DNA of 64,000 nucleotides from Candidatus Omnitrophota bacterium (GTDB taxonomy: Bacteria > Omnitrophota > Gorgyraeia > Zapsychrales > Zapsychraceae). The translations under genes and the position numbers were made by a program. Of this stretch, positions 1 to 9,465 are shown in pieces; positions within the stretch are counted from its first letter, which is position 1, and the number at the start of each line of letters is the position of its first letter. Location of the stretch: contig JADFZM010000001.1 of NCBI GenBank assembly GCA_015232535.1, positions 35,263 through 99,262 on the forward strand. The letters run 5' to 3'. The notes under the pieces were generated by a model. The model was not told where the DNA came from and searched no databases. It was given only the letters and a program-made list of their open reading frames with translations.

Positions 1-84
1 CGCAATTCCGGTCTCAAGAAAAGGAAAGCCTCCTCTTCTTCTTCCTTTACTCTCGATTATCGAGCGTGTCGTGTTTAATGCCAT
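1..84 (-). CDS. 5' part of a gene running off the window (MALNTTRSIIESKGRRRGGFPFLETGIA...), probably the next magnetosome-cluster gene
   Basis: ATG at 84 with AGGAG at 91-95, just downstream of mamQ; the frame stays open to base 1. Confidence 0.6.
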   Translation of the reverse strand, partial: MALNTTRSIIESKGRRRGGFPFLETGIA

Positions 85-100
85 AAGAAACTCCTCTCCC

Positions 101-805
101 TCAATAGGTGACTCTGTTATATTCCCGCACGTCTTCGTCGACTTCAGCGTAATGAAACATCTTTTCTTTATATCCAAAAATAAAGGCGTAGAAACAAGCC
201 GGTATTTTCCTAACATAAGCATGGAAATGGCTGGCCGCTTCGTTATAGGCCATGCGCCTTTCCGCTATAAGGTCTTCGGAACGGATAATCCCCTGCATCT
301 GGATTTGAAAGTTTTCGCTTAATTTTAATTGCGGGTAAGCCTCGGCTAATGCTAAAACCTTAGAAATAGCGGTATCGAGGCTTTTTCCTTTTAGTTTCGA
401 GACTTCGGTTAAACCGTTTTTCTGTAAAACGTCCATGATAAGCTCGCTTTTCATCGGATCAGGGCCACCGTCGCGGCTATCGGCCATATATTGGAACATT
501 GCCCTTTCGTGTTGAGCATAGGCAATGATCGTATTAGTCAGGTTGATAAAAATATCTTTTCGCCTTTGCAGTTGGACGTCTATTTGGTGCTGTTCCATCT
601 CGGTAAAACGGGAAAGCGCGATGAATTTATTGTAGTAATAAATGCCCAGAAGGATTAAAGCTGTTGCGCAAACGGTAAGGATAATTCCGGAGGTGGTTTT
701 TAAATTATTAAAATCGATCTTTTGCCACCAATGTTTCTTAACCGGAGATAATTCTTCAAAATCCCGGGGAAACATCTTTTTAATCGTTTCGGACATTCTT
801 ACCAT
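101..805 (-). CDS. mamQ: Magnetosome protein MamQ (LemA family)
   Basis: One N-terminal TM, then LemA-like motifs (IDVQLQRRKD, AEAYPQLK, RMAYNEA, IPACFYAFIFGY); mam context. Confidence 0.85.
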   Translation of the reverse strand: MVRMSETIKKMFPRDFEELSPVKKHWWQKIDFNNLKTTSGIILTVCATALILLGIYYYNKFIALSRFTEMEQHQIDVQLQRRKDIFINLTNTIIAYAQHERAMFQYMADSRDGGPDPMKSELIMDVLQKNGLTEVSKLKGKSLDTAISKVLALAEAYPQLKLSENFQIQMQGIIRSEDLIAERRMAYNEAASHFHAYVRKIPACFYAFIFGYKEKMFHYAEVDEDVREYNRVTY

Positions 806-843
806 TTTATATGCTCCTTGGCTTTAAATAAGTCATACATTAA

Positions 844-1689
844 TTAACCGTGTTTCTTGCGCTCTAAATCCATCGCTTTTTTAAAGCAAACGATCGCGTC
901 TTTATGGTCCCCGGAATTCTCGTAAACAAAACCGAGGGCGTGGTAATAAACCGGTTCCCGTGGGTCAAGGTCGATAGCTTTTTTGTACATCTTTTTTGCT
1001 TCCTCTATTTGTTCCGATTTCTCGTAACAAGTCCCGAGGTTATAAAAGGTGTCCGCGTCGTCGGGATTGATCTCCGCCGCTTTTTGGAAATAACCTAAAG
1101 CCTCGGTATAATTTTCCAGGTGCAAAAGGCATTTGGCAAATTCGAAAATGATATCCGGATCATTCGGGGTTAATGAATCGGCTTTTTTAAAATAATCGAT
1201 AGCATCCTTGTGCTGGCTTAGGTTGACATGGCACATTGCCGACATATACATGACCTCGGCATCTTTTTCGCCTTCTTCTTCTTCTTCTTCTTCGATGTAA
1301 ATTTCAAAATGCTCGAGGGCGCGGGCGAAATCGTTTTTTTGAAAGAATTTGATCCCCTCTTCTTTTTCGAAACTGCGCTTGATGCCCTCATCATGTTTTA
1401 CAAAAATGTCTTCGTAAACCTGGCTTAATCCCTTGATTATTTTTTCGGTCGTTGAGAGCGTGCGGTAAGCGCCGAGTTTTACGTTCTTTAGGATATCGGC
1501 CTTTGGCTTTTCATATGTTGATTGTTTTGATTTTTTCGTCCTGCGGGCTTTTGAACGGCTTTCAGATGAGCCCTTTGACCCAGTATCATCGGATGAATCA
1601 TCAATATCATTTTCGATATCTGCTTCTTCTATAGGTTCTGTTCTCTTTTTTCTCTTCAATTCTTCCATTTTTCCCTCCATGGTACGCAT
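844..1689 (-). CDS. mamA: Magnetosome TPR scaffold MamA with a long charged N-terminal extension
   Basis: About 5 TPR motifs in the C-terminal half; located between mamB and mamQ. Confidence 0.8.
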   Translation of the reverse strand: MRTMEGKMEELKRKKRTEPIEEADIENDIDDSSDDTGSKGSSESRSKARRTKKSKQSTYEKPKADILKNVKLGAYRTLSTTEKIIKGLSQVYEDIFVKHDEGIKRSFEKEEGIKFFQKNDFARALEHFEIYIEEEEEEEGEKDAEVMYMSAMCHVNLSQHKDAIDYFKKADSLTPNDPDIIFEFAKCLLHLENYTEALGYFQKAAEINPDDADTFYNLGTCYEKSEQIEEAKKMYKKAIDLDPREPVYYHALGFVYENSGDHKDAIVCFKKAMDLERKKHG

Positions 1690-1777
1690 GTTCTGTAAAA
1701 AGTTTTTACTTTAAATATCCTTATCTTCTGCCATTACAAAAAGTTCTGTTTCTGTGGTTTGCCTCCACTATTAAGAT

Positions 1778-1861
1778 CCCCCTCCCTCGATGGGAGGGGA
1801 AAGGGGAGGGTGGAAATTAAAATTATCACCCCCACCAAGCCTCCCCCGTCAAGGGGGAAGG
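1778..1861. repeat. GC-rich REP-like imperfect inverted repeat
   Basis: Arm CCCCCTCCCTCGATGGGAGGGGAAAGGGGAGGGTG (1778-1812) and arm CACCCCCACCAAGCCTCCCCCGTCAAGGGGGAAGG (1827-1861); each arm is internally palindromic, in AT-rich surroundings. Confidence 0.7.
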
Positions 1862-1930
1862 AAATATTTCATATCTCCAATCCTATTTTATAGACAATTT
1901 TCATAAAACTATTGACACTATCGGTACGCA

Positions 1931-2884
1931 TTATTGCATGACCGGATTTAGTTGTTTACGGGTGATTACCTGTTTTGGGCTGCGAATAACCCCTATTTTC
2001 GTTTCCTCCTGATTGTCCCTGCAGGTAAAAGTTAGGGTGACGTCTTTTATCTGAATGAAACGCCTAAGAAGAGCCGCTCTTACCTCGCGGGTAATCGCAT
2101 GGCCCTCTTCCACTGTCCTTTGGGGATCGATAAATATTTCCATATCGACCCAAGCCTGTTGCCCGACCCGCCGAACGTGCATATAATTTATGCCTTTTAC
2201 CTCGCGGTATTGCATGATAACTTTCTCGATCAAGGCTTTCTTATCGGCGGGAAGCGATTCGTCGATAAGGTTTTTGAGAGCGGCAATGCCTAATTTTATG
2301 GCCATACGCCCGATCATGAGCCCGACGAAAAATGCGGCTAATGAGTCGAGAATGGTTATCCCTAAGTTTGCTAAAAATATACCGATAGTGACTCCGATCG
2401 ATGAGATCATATCCGAGCGGTTCTCGTTAGCGTTCGCTATTAAAGCCGGGGAATTCATCTTTTTGCCGGCGCAGAAACCGTAAGAAGATAAAATATAGTT
2501 GGCTAAGATAGCTACTATAGCGCAGAAAACGGCGGCCGGATGCGGCGGATGTATATTCCCGCTGGCGATAGCCAATCCGGCATCCCAGAGAATTACAATC
2601 GCTATATAAAGAAGCAAGGTATAAGCAAATACAGCTCCTAGGAATTCCGATTTGCCGCGGCCCCAGGGGTATTTTTTGTCGCTTTTTTTCTCCGAGAGCC
2701 CGACGGTAATAATTACCATTATTGTGCAAAGAACGTCCGTACCGGAGTGGATACCGTCGGCTATGAGCCCTTTTGATCCGGCCAAAGTACCGACGATTAT
2801 CTGGAATGCGGATAGGGTCGTATTGCCCAGAAGCACCATCCAGGGAACGGTTTTAGCGCATTTTACGCATTTATTTTGAATCAT
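1931..2884 (-). CDS. mamB: Magnetosome CDF transporter MamB
   Basis: N-terminal CxxC, ADGIHSGTD, YPWGRGKSEF, ENRSD, CDF C-terminal domain. Confidence 0.88.
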   Translation of the reverse strand: MIQNKCVKCAKTVPWMVLLGNTTLSAFQIIVGTLAGSKGLIADGIHSGTDVLCTIMVIITVGLSEKKSDKKYPWGRGKSEFLGAVFAYTLLLYIAIVILWDAGLAIASGNIHPPHPAAVFCAIVAILANYILSSYGFCAGKKMNSPALIANANENRSDMISSIGVTIGIFLANLGITILDSLAAFFVGLMIGRMAIKLGIAALKNLIDESLPADKKALIEKVIMQYREVKGINYMHVRRVGQQAWVDMEIFIDPQRTVEEGHAITREVRAALLRRFIQIKDVTLTFTCRDNQEETKIGVIRSPKQVITRKQLNPVMQ

Positions 2885-2897
2885 ATTTTATAAACCT

Positions 2898-3788
2898 TCA
2901 ATCAGCCGGCAATATTTGAATAGCGATATGGCCGATATATTTGTTTTGATCGCGCAAAAGAGATTTGATCCTTTGATTTATTGTCTTTGCTTCAAGTACT
3001 GTTAATTTAGGGCTTAATTGAAGGACAACGTCCAATATTACATACCTTCCTGTCTGCCTGGCGCGCACGTCCTTAACTTTTTCAACCCCGTTTACTTTCT
3101 TTATAAAATCTTTTATCGGTTCGGTGAAATTATCCGGCATGTTTGTATCCATGACCCCTCTTGTGCCCTCTTTCAAGATCATAAAGCTCCCGTGCAGTAC
3201 ATGCAAACACTCGAAAATAGCTATTGCCGGGTCAACCCAGTGCATGCCTTGTCTGGTAACAAGCACGCCCACCGCGACCAGTAATGAGGAGATAACGTCT
3301 ATCTTATTATGCTCGGCATGGGCTTTTAATACCGGGCTGTTTAGCTCCTTACCTCCGCAATGGGAGAATTTATAGAGGAGCGCGTTCACGATGGCGCTTA
3401 AAATTGCTACAAAAAATACAACCATATGCTGTATGACCAAAATACGCTTTGCGATTACCATAAAAGAACTGAAGATAAGCGCTATAGTACCAAGGATCAT
3501 AAAAAAGCTGATAATAACCTGGGCGATGAATTCAATCTTTCCGTAACCATATGGATAGCGGGAATTAGCAGGCTTTTTTGAATACCTTACCCCTATTATT
3601 ACCGCGACGGAAGATGTTACATCGCTCAAGTTGCATAATCCGCTTCCGAGTAAAGCGCGCGACCTTCCCAAAAATCCGACAAAGATCTTAAATGCCGCCA
3701 GGATAAAATTTGCCAAGAGCCCCCAGGCAATTGTTTTATTGGCGCAGGCTTCGCATTTAGCCGGATTTTTAATTTTTGCGGCGCTCAT
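2898..3788 (-). CDS. mamM: Magnetosome CDF transporter MamM
   Basis: N-terminal CxxC, YPYGYGKIEF, HAEHNKID, WVDPAIAIFE; second CDF next to mamB. Confidence 0.85.
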   Translation of the reverse strand: MSAAKIKNPAKCEACANKTIAWGLLANFILAAFKIFVGFLGRSRALLGSGLCNLSDVTSSVAVIIGVRYSKKPANSRYPYGYGKIEFIAQVIISFFMILGTIALIFSSFMVIAKRILVIQHMVVFFVAILSAIVNALLYKFSHCGGKELNSPVLKAHAEHNKIDVISSLLVAVGVLVTRQGMHWVDPAIAIFECLHVLHGSFMILKEGTRGVMDTNMPDNFTEPIKDFIKKVNGVEKVKDVRARQTGRYVILDVVLQLSPKLTVLEAKTINQRIKSLLRDQNKYIGHIAIQILPAD

Positions 3789-4063
3789 TATTCTTCATCC
3801 TCAAACAGAGGTTTTTCATCTTCCGGTAATTCTTCCAACTTCTTCCTTCTTTTAATTTCTCCCCCGATTATTGTAAAGGTCCAAAGCGTCGAGATAACAC
3901 CCAAAAAGAAAGACGCCAGAATTATGTAAATCAGCCCGATATGCCTGCCCTTGAAAAGGGGGATCCAAATACGGACCGGGTCCACGTTCTCGAATATAAA
4001 GAAAACAAGCAATATTACGAGCAAACTGAAAGAGGTGATTTTAAATACTGTAGCTGCCCTCAT
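3788..4063 (-). CDS. mamL: Magnetosome membrane protein MamL (LapA-like)
   Basis: Two TM helices, N-x-x-x-V loop, ASFFLGV segment and basic KRRKK patch as in MamL; overlaps hemL and mamM. Confidence 0.7.
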   Translation of the reverse strand: MRAATVFKITSFSLLVILLVFFIFENVDPVRIWIPLFKGRHIGLIYIILASFFLGVISTLWTFTIIGGEIKRRKKLEELPEDEKPLFEDEE

Positions 4064-5361
4064 TTTGATTCCTTTATTTTTAATAAAGCATTCTTTATTG
4101 AATGGGCTGTTTTGCTGATTGTTGAATTATCATGAGCGGATGAAACAAAACAAGCCTCATATGCCGAAGGAGGAAAAAGTATCCCTTCCTTAATTAAGAG
4201 GGAAAACAGCTTTGCGTATTTGTTTTTATCAGCCCTTAAGGCGTCTTTATGGCTCTTAACTTTTCCGGATGTGAAAAATACCGTAAAAATTGAGGCAATC
4301 GAGTTTATCGTTAAATCCATATTCAATTTAGCGGATTCTTCTTGAATAATCGCGGTAATTTGTCCGGTTTTTACCTCCAGAGTTCCGTAAATATTATCAT
4401 TTTTATTTAAAGTTTCAAGTGTTTTAATGCCGGCGGCTGTTGCAACCGGGTTACCGGAAAGCGTTCCGGCTTGATAAACAGGCCCTATGGGTGCCAAAAG
4501 CTCCATTATCTCTTTCTTACCGCCGACCGCGCCTATGGGAAATCCGCCGCCGATAATTTTTCCCAGGCAGGTCAGGTCGGGTTTAATATCATAAAATCCC
4601 TGCGCTCCGCCTAATCCTAGACGGAAGCCGGTGATAACTTCATCAAATATAAGCACTATTTTTTCTTTGAGCGTTATTTCACGTAATTTTTTAAGAAAAT
4701 CTTTTTCGGGTAAAACTACCCCTGTGTTGCACAAAACAGGTTCAACGATCACGCAGGCAATTTCATTCTTGTTCTTTTCGATAGCGGAATTCAGAGTTGC
4801 AATATCGTTAAAAGGAACGGAAATAGTGTCTTTAGTATAAGCCGGCAATATGCCCTCGCCCGAAGGAATCCCTAAGGTTAAATTTCCCGAGCCGCTTTTA
4901 ACCAAAAGGCTGTCGAAGTGGCCGTGATAACTGCCGTCAAACTTGATGATCTTTGTCTTTCCGGAAAATGCCCGGGCGAGGCGGATTGATGTCATGCAGG
5001 CCTCGGTGCCGGAGGTTACTAAACGTAACCTATCGATGCTTTTGATATTTTTCTTAATTAGTTCAGCGAGGCGGACTTCTCTTTCGGTTGCTAATCCGAA
5101 ACTCGAGCCGTTTCTAACCGCCGAAATAGCCGCTTTTACGACCGGCTCATAAGCGTGGCCTAATATCCCGACCCCCCAACTCATAACATAATCGATGTAT
5201 TTATTGCCTTTTGTATCGAATATATAAGGCCCGGTTGCTTTCTCGGCAAAGATTATCGGGGTTTCCATTGCTTTAAAACTCCGCACCGGAGAATTGACCC
5301 CTCCGACCAGAGATTTGATGCTTCTTTCGGAAATAGATTTTGGTTTATCAATTGCCATCAT
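4060..5361 (-). CDS. hemL: Glutamate-1-semialdehyde 2,1-aminomutase
   Basis: GGVNSPVRSF, YHGHFDSLL, FDEVITGFR, LGKIIGGGFP, YQAGTLSGNP. Confidence 0.96.
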   Translation of the reverse strand: MMAIDKPKSISERSIKSLVGGVNSPVRSFKAMETPIIFAEKATGPYIFDTKGNKYIDYVMSWGVGILGHAYEPVVKAAISAVRNGSSFGLATEREVRLAELIKKNIKSIDRLRLVTSGTEACMTSIRLARAFSGKTKIIKFDGSYHGHFDSLLVKSGSGNLTLGIPSGEGILPAYTKDTISVPFNDIATLNSAIEKNKNEIACVIVEPVLCNTGVVLPEKDFLKKLREITLKEKIVLIFDEVITGFRLGLGGAQGFYDIKPDLTCLGKIIGGGFPIGAVGGKKEIMELLAPIGPVYQAGTLSGNPVATAAGIKTLETLNKNDNIYGTLEVKTGQITAIIQEESAKLNMDLTINSIASIFTVFFTSGKVKSHKDALRADKNKYAKLFSLLIKEGILFPPSAYEACFVSSAHDNSTISKTAHSIKNALLKIKESK

Positions 5362-5843
5362 AATAAACTCCCAAGCGAGAGCATTTCTTTCTTAAGTTCT
5401 TTTCGGGTAAAGAGCACTGCCGGCTTGATGCGGAAACCCGCCCCTTTTTCATTGACAAAATTTCTGATCTCTTTTACTGATTTAGCGTGCATCATGGTAA
5501 ATGTATCGTAATTAAATGATTTATGCGGTGTTCTTTTATAACAATGCGAGATGCGGTCATCATCAATAAATGTCTTTTTTATGAACTCATCTTTATTGCC
5601 GCAGGTAAACCCGTCCATATTCCAGGCGATAAGTGCGTTTTTCGCGTAACCGGCCCTTTTGTGGTTAAGGACCCCTCGCAGATTCTTAATTATCTTTTTT
5701 TGAGAAAGTTTGTTCAGGATCGCTATTAGCTCCTCTTCTTGCATAAGCAAAGCCGCCGCGGCCTTTGTGAATGGACGGGGCGAGATCTCAAGCTCATTTT
5801 TAGAGAAATACCCGGCAACTTTCTTTTCTTTATCAGTTAACAT
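5358..5843 (-). CDS. ahbB: Siroheme decarboxylase subunit beta (Lrp/AsnC-like)
   Basis: RPF..A, LNHKRAGY..NALIAW, ISHCYKR, FTMMHA, ELKK. Confidence 0.85.
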   Translation of the reverse strand: MLTDKEKKVAGYFSKNELEISPRPFTKAAAALLMQEEELIAILNKLSQKKIIKNLRGVLNHKRAGYAKNALIAWNMDGFTCGNKDEFIKKTFIDDDRISHCYKRTPHKSFNYDTFTMMHAKSVKEIRNFVNEKGAGFRIKPAVLFTRKELKKEMLSLGSLL

Positions 5844-6300
5844 TAAGGTTAAGCCTTAATTTATATAATTTTTCCGTAGGAAGGCTGACTATTTCCTTTG
5901 GTTTTAACTTCTTTTTCAATTCATCGAGATTAAATTTAAGCTCCTGTTTTGAGCGGGCGCTTAATGTGAACCACATGTTTAAGCGGTGTTCCCTTAAGTA
6001 ATTGTGGCTTATATTTTGTCGGTTATTGATTATTTCCCTAGTCGTTTTTATTTTCTCTTCGGGGATTTGACAACCGATCAAAGTGCTGACAAGCCCGAGC
6101 TTCTTCGTGTTAAAACTGAAATTAATCCTTTTAAGCAGTTTTTCCTTCTTAAGCCATTTAAGGCGCGAAATAAGCTCTCTTTCTTCGATCCCGCATGATT
6201 TTGCCAAGCTTTTATAAGGCTCGGCAGAGATCTCCAAGCCCTGCTGGGTTTTTGATAAAATACTTTTCATTAAATCGTCTAAATAATATTTCTTACTCAT
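5833..6300 (-). CDS. ahbA: Siroheme decarboxylase subunit alpha
   Basis: PYKSLA, LGLVSTL, ISHNYLREHRLNMWFTL; start moved to ATG 6300, which overlaps the ahbD stop. Confidence 0.87.
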   Translation of the reverse strand: MSKKYYLDDLMKSILSKTQQGLEISAEPYKSLAKSCGIEERELISRLKWLKKEKLLKRINFSFNTKKLGLVSTLIGCQIPEEKIKTTREIINNRQNISHNYLREHRLNMWFTLSARSKQELKFNLDELKKKLKPKEIVSLPTEKLYKLRLNLNVN

Positions 6301-7295
6301 GAGGCAACCGCCTCTTTTGCTAAAACGCAAGTCCTGTCTTCGGACATAAAATCTCCCGTATCGGCAAAGGCCCTGGCGCGGCAACCGCGGCAAGAAATCT
6401 TATATCCGCAATCTCCGCAGCTTCCTCTGAGGTCATTTTTCCTCAATGCGTTAAACACAATCGATCCTTTCCAGACTTTCCCGATGGAATTCTTCCTTAA
6501 GTTACCGGCGGTAATGGGCAAGTATCCGCAGGGATAAACGTATCCTCTTGAGGAGATGAATAAAACCGATGTTCCCGCCAGGCATCCTCCGGACATTTTG
6601 CCTTCCGAAAACCTTACATATTGCGGGGCGCAAGTCGGGCGTATCTCTAAAGAAGATGACTCCGAGATGTTTTTTATTTCCCTAAGAGCTTCTTCAATAT
6701 CATTTGCCTCTAATCTTGATTTATCATCGATTTCCTTCCCGCAGCCGACCGGAACAAGAACAAAATAATGAACAGCCATGGCTTTTATCGAAAGAGCTAA
6801 ATCGGCGATTGTGCGGATTTCGTTAAGGTTGTTCTTGGTCACGGTAAAGTTGATTTGAAAAGGGATTTGCTCTTTCCTTAATATGTCAGCGGCATTCACG
6901 GTCTGTTTAAAGGCGCCTAAAACTCCCCGGGAAGAATCATGCTTCTTTTCATCGCTTGAATCAAGGCTTAGGCTGACGCGGCGGACACCGTATTTTTTTA
7001 TAAGGCCGGCCTCTTTCTCTTTTAATAGAACACCGTTAGTAGCTAAGGCCAAAGTTAATCCTTTTTGAGCGGCATAAAACATGATTTCAAAGATGTCTTC
7101 TCTTAATAAAGGCTCGCCGCCGCTTAAGACTAGAACGGAAGAGCCGAAGGATGTTTTTATAGAATCGATCAGGCGAAAGGCTTCGGCAGTTGTCAGCTCA
7201 TCGCCCGATTCGCTTTTTGTCATCCGGCAAAAGGCGCACTTAAGGCTGCACTTTTTTGTTGTTTCCCAAAATATCATTCTGGGGATCAGATCCAC
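6297..7295 (-). CDS. ahbD: Heme b synthase AhbD (radical SAM/SPASM)
   Basis: FWETTKKCSLKCAFCR, LVPVGCGKE, RPTCAPQY, GCLAG, C-terminal SPASM cysteines; GTG start at 7295 with GGAGG. Confidence 0.85.
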   Translation of the reverse strand: MDLIPRMIFWETTKKCSLKCAFCRMTKSESGDELTTAEAFRLIDSIKTSFGSSVLVLSGGEPLLREDIFEIMFYAAQKGLTLALATNGVLLKEKEAGLIKKYGVRRVSLSLDSSDEKKHDSSRGVLGAFKQTVNAADILRKEQIPFQINFTVTKNNLNEIRTIADLALSIKAMAVHYFVLVPVGCGKEIDDKSRLEANDIEEALREIKNISESSSLEIRPTCAPQYVRFSEGKMSGGCLAGTSVLFISSRGYVYPCGYLPITAGNLRKNSIGKVWKGSIVFNALRKNDLRGSCGDCGYKISCRGCRARAFADTGDFMSEDRTCVLAKEAVAS

Positions 7296-8275
7296 TTTGT
7301 TGCCTCCTTGGCCCAATAACTGATAATTATGTCCGCGCCGGCGCGTTTAATAGACTGAAGTATTTCAAGCGCAACCGACTTTTCGTCCAGCCACCCTTTT
7401 AAGTGCGCCGCTTTGACCATTGAATATTCTCCGCTGACATTGTATGCGGCTATAGGGATATTCACTTTATCGCGTATGGATTGTATTATATCCAGATAAG
7501 ACAAGGCCGGTTTCACCATGACTATATCCGCGCCTTCCTCGATATCGAGAAATATTTCGCGAATGGCCTCTCTTTTGTTGCCGAAATCCATTTGATACCC
7601 TTTTCTGTCGCTTCCCTTCGGGGTTGAATCGTATATCCCCCGGAACGGGCCGTAAAAATTCGAAGCATATTTTGCGGAATAACTAATAATTGATGTGTCG
7701 GTAAACCCGTTTTTGTCGAGGGTTTCTCTGATTGCTTTCACCTGCCCGTTTGCCATAGCGGACGGCGCAACCATATCCGCTCCCGCTTTAGCGTAAGAAA
7801 CGGCGATTTTGGCTAAAGTTTCCGCGGTTTTTGAGTCATCAATTTGAAGATGAGCCCCGTTTTTGCCGCTTGTTTTCTTAGCTATGCCGCAATGGCCGTG
7901 GTCTGTAAAAGCGCATAAGCATACATCAGCGATAATTATCAAATCGCTCGACTTTTTAATGTTCTTTATAGCCTTATGGAATTGGCTTTCTTCGTTATAA
8001 CTAGATGAGCCGGAGGAGTCTTTTTTAGGCGATGAACCAAAAAGCAAAATGCTTTTTATGCCGGACTTTCCCAAAGCCTCCGCCTCTCTAAGAAGGCATT
8101 CGCTCGAGAATTTATTAATGCCCGGCATCGAAGGCACAGCTTCGGTACCTTTGCCATCTTTGAAAAAGATAGGCATTATTAAATCATCAATATTTAATTC
8201 TGTTTCGCGCACTAAAGAACGTAACAGAGGGTTTTTTCTTAATCTGGTAGTCTTATTTTTGAGCGACAAAGGCAT
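7286..8275 (-). CDS. hemB: Porphobilinogen synthase
   Basis: DVCLCAFTDHGHCG, SYSAKYAS.FYGPFR, MVKPALSYLD, AYNVSGEYSM; start taken at ATG 8275. Confidence 0.95.
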   Translation of the reverse strand: MPLSLKNKTTRLRKNPLLRSLVRETELNIDDLIMPIFFKDGKGTEAVPSMPGINKFSSECLLREAEALGKSGIKSILLFGSSPKKDSSGSSSYNEESQFHKAIKNIKKSSDLIIIADVCLCAFTDHGHCGIAKKTSGKNGAHLQIDDSKTAETLAKIAVSYAKAGADMVAPSAMANGQVKAIRETLDKNGFTDTSIISYSAKYASNFYGPFRGIYDSTPKGSDRKGYQMDFGNKREAIREIFLDIEEGADIVMVKPALSYLDIIQSIRDKVNIPIAAYNVSGEYSMVKAAHLKGWLDEKSVALEILQSIKRAGADIIISYWAKEATKWI

Positions 8276-8325
8276 TTTTATTAAATTGTTGAAATCGTTT
8301 ATATTGTTAAGCTGTTTGATCAAGG

Positions 8326-9465
8326 TTAAAGTATTGATTTTGATTCGTTTACTAAAACATCCTCTGTTTTTGTTGAAGTTTGCTCTAAGTAACAAGCCGG
8401 GTCTTCAGCCCAAAGTGAGCCGTAATAAGCCTTTGCCCGGGCCCGGCATCCGCCGCATATTTCTTTATGCCGGCAAGAACCGCAGCGGCCTTCTAAGTGG
8501 TCTTTCTTATTTCTAAATTGTTGAAGCAGTTCATTGTTCCGGTCGTTAAGAATATCAAATAGCGGTTTTTTGCGCACATTGCCTAAGAGCGAATCACGCA
8601 AGAATTGACATGGAAAAACGTCGCCGTTTGAATCAAGATAAACAACCCTATCCCCCGCAGAACAGCCGCGGTGCGCTGTTATGCATGAAACAGCCTCTTT
8701 TTTATCCGCAAGGTTTTCAAGCATAAAAATACCGTCTGCAGGATTATCGGTTGTAAGCACTTCAAATTCAGGGTCTTTAAGTGATATTTCTCGGACCTTA
8801 AGCAAGAATTTCTCCATTAATTTCCTTTTGTCCTCCAGAGGCAGGTCTTGTTCTGACGAAGCCCTTCCGGAATATACCAAATGATAAAGGCAGAAGCGCT
8901 TAGTGCCGCTTTGAACTGTTTTATCAAGCACATAAAATAGGTCATAACTATTTGAAGCGGTTAAAGTAAATCTTACCCCGGTTTTCACTCCGGAATTGTT
9001 TAAGAGCTTTATACCTTCCCAGCTTGCGTTAAATGAGCCGGTAGAGCCGCGGAAAATATCATGCCATTCTTCCCTGCCGTCTATGCTGACTCCTACATAA
9101 TCGACTTTGGCTTCTTTGATCTTCTTGGCCATTTTGGTATTTATCAAGGTGCCGTTAGTTGAAAGCCCGACGCGCAGCCCTTCGTCCTTGCAGGCTTTGA
9201 TAATATCGAAAATATTAGGGCGTAAAAGCGGCTCCCCTCCGCTAAGCAATACAATCGGGGGGTTTAGCTTCTTGATCTCACTTGCCAGGTTTATGCACTC
9301 TGTATCGGTAAAATCAGCTTCTTTTAATTCCGGAGATGATTCGCGATAACAATGAGCGCATTTTAAATTGCATTTGCTTATAATATTCCAGACAAACAAA
9401 GGGCCCATTGCCCTTAAGGTATGTTCGGTCCTCTCGCCTTTATGTATTTTAGTCCATGGGATCAT
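8326..9465 (-). CDS. ahbC: Fe-coproporphyrin III synthase AhbC (radical SAM/SPASM)
   Basis: VWNIISKCNLKCAHCY, YHLVYSGR, LTTDNPADG, PCQF, CGGCRARA, EDPACYL; ATGA overlap with the upstream gene. Confidence 0.85.
   Translation of the reverse strand: MIPWTKIHKGERTEHTLRAMGPLFVWNIISKCNLKCAHCYRESSPELKEADFTDTECINLASEIKKLNPPIVLLSGGEPLLRPNIFDIIKACKDEGLRVGLSTNGTLINTKMAKKIKEAKVDYVGVSIDGREEWHDIFRGSTGSFNASWEGIKLLNNSGVKTGVRFTLTASNSYDLFYVLDKTVQSGTKRFCLYHLVYSGRASSEQDLPLEDKRKLMEKFLLKVREISLKDPEFEVLTTDNPADGIFMLENLADKKEAVSCITAHRGCSAGDRVVYLDSNGDVFPCQFLRDSLLGNVRKKPLFDILNDRNNELLQQFRNKKDHLEGRCGSCRHKEICGGCRARAKAYYGSLWAEDPACYLEQTSTKTEDVLVNESKSIL

Noticed and set aside
5358-9465. Heme d1 (nirDLGHJ) biosynthesis
   Set aside because: Two distinct radical SAM genes of AhbC and AhbD type, with no nirS, nirF or nirN, fit the Ahb route
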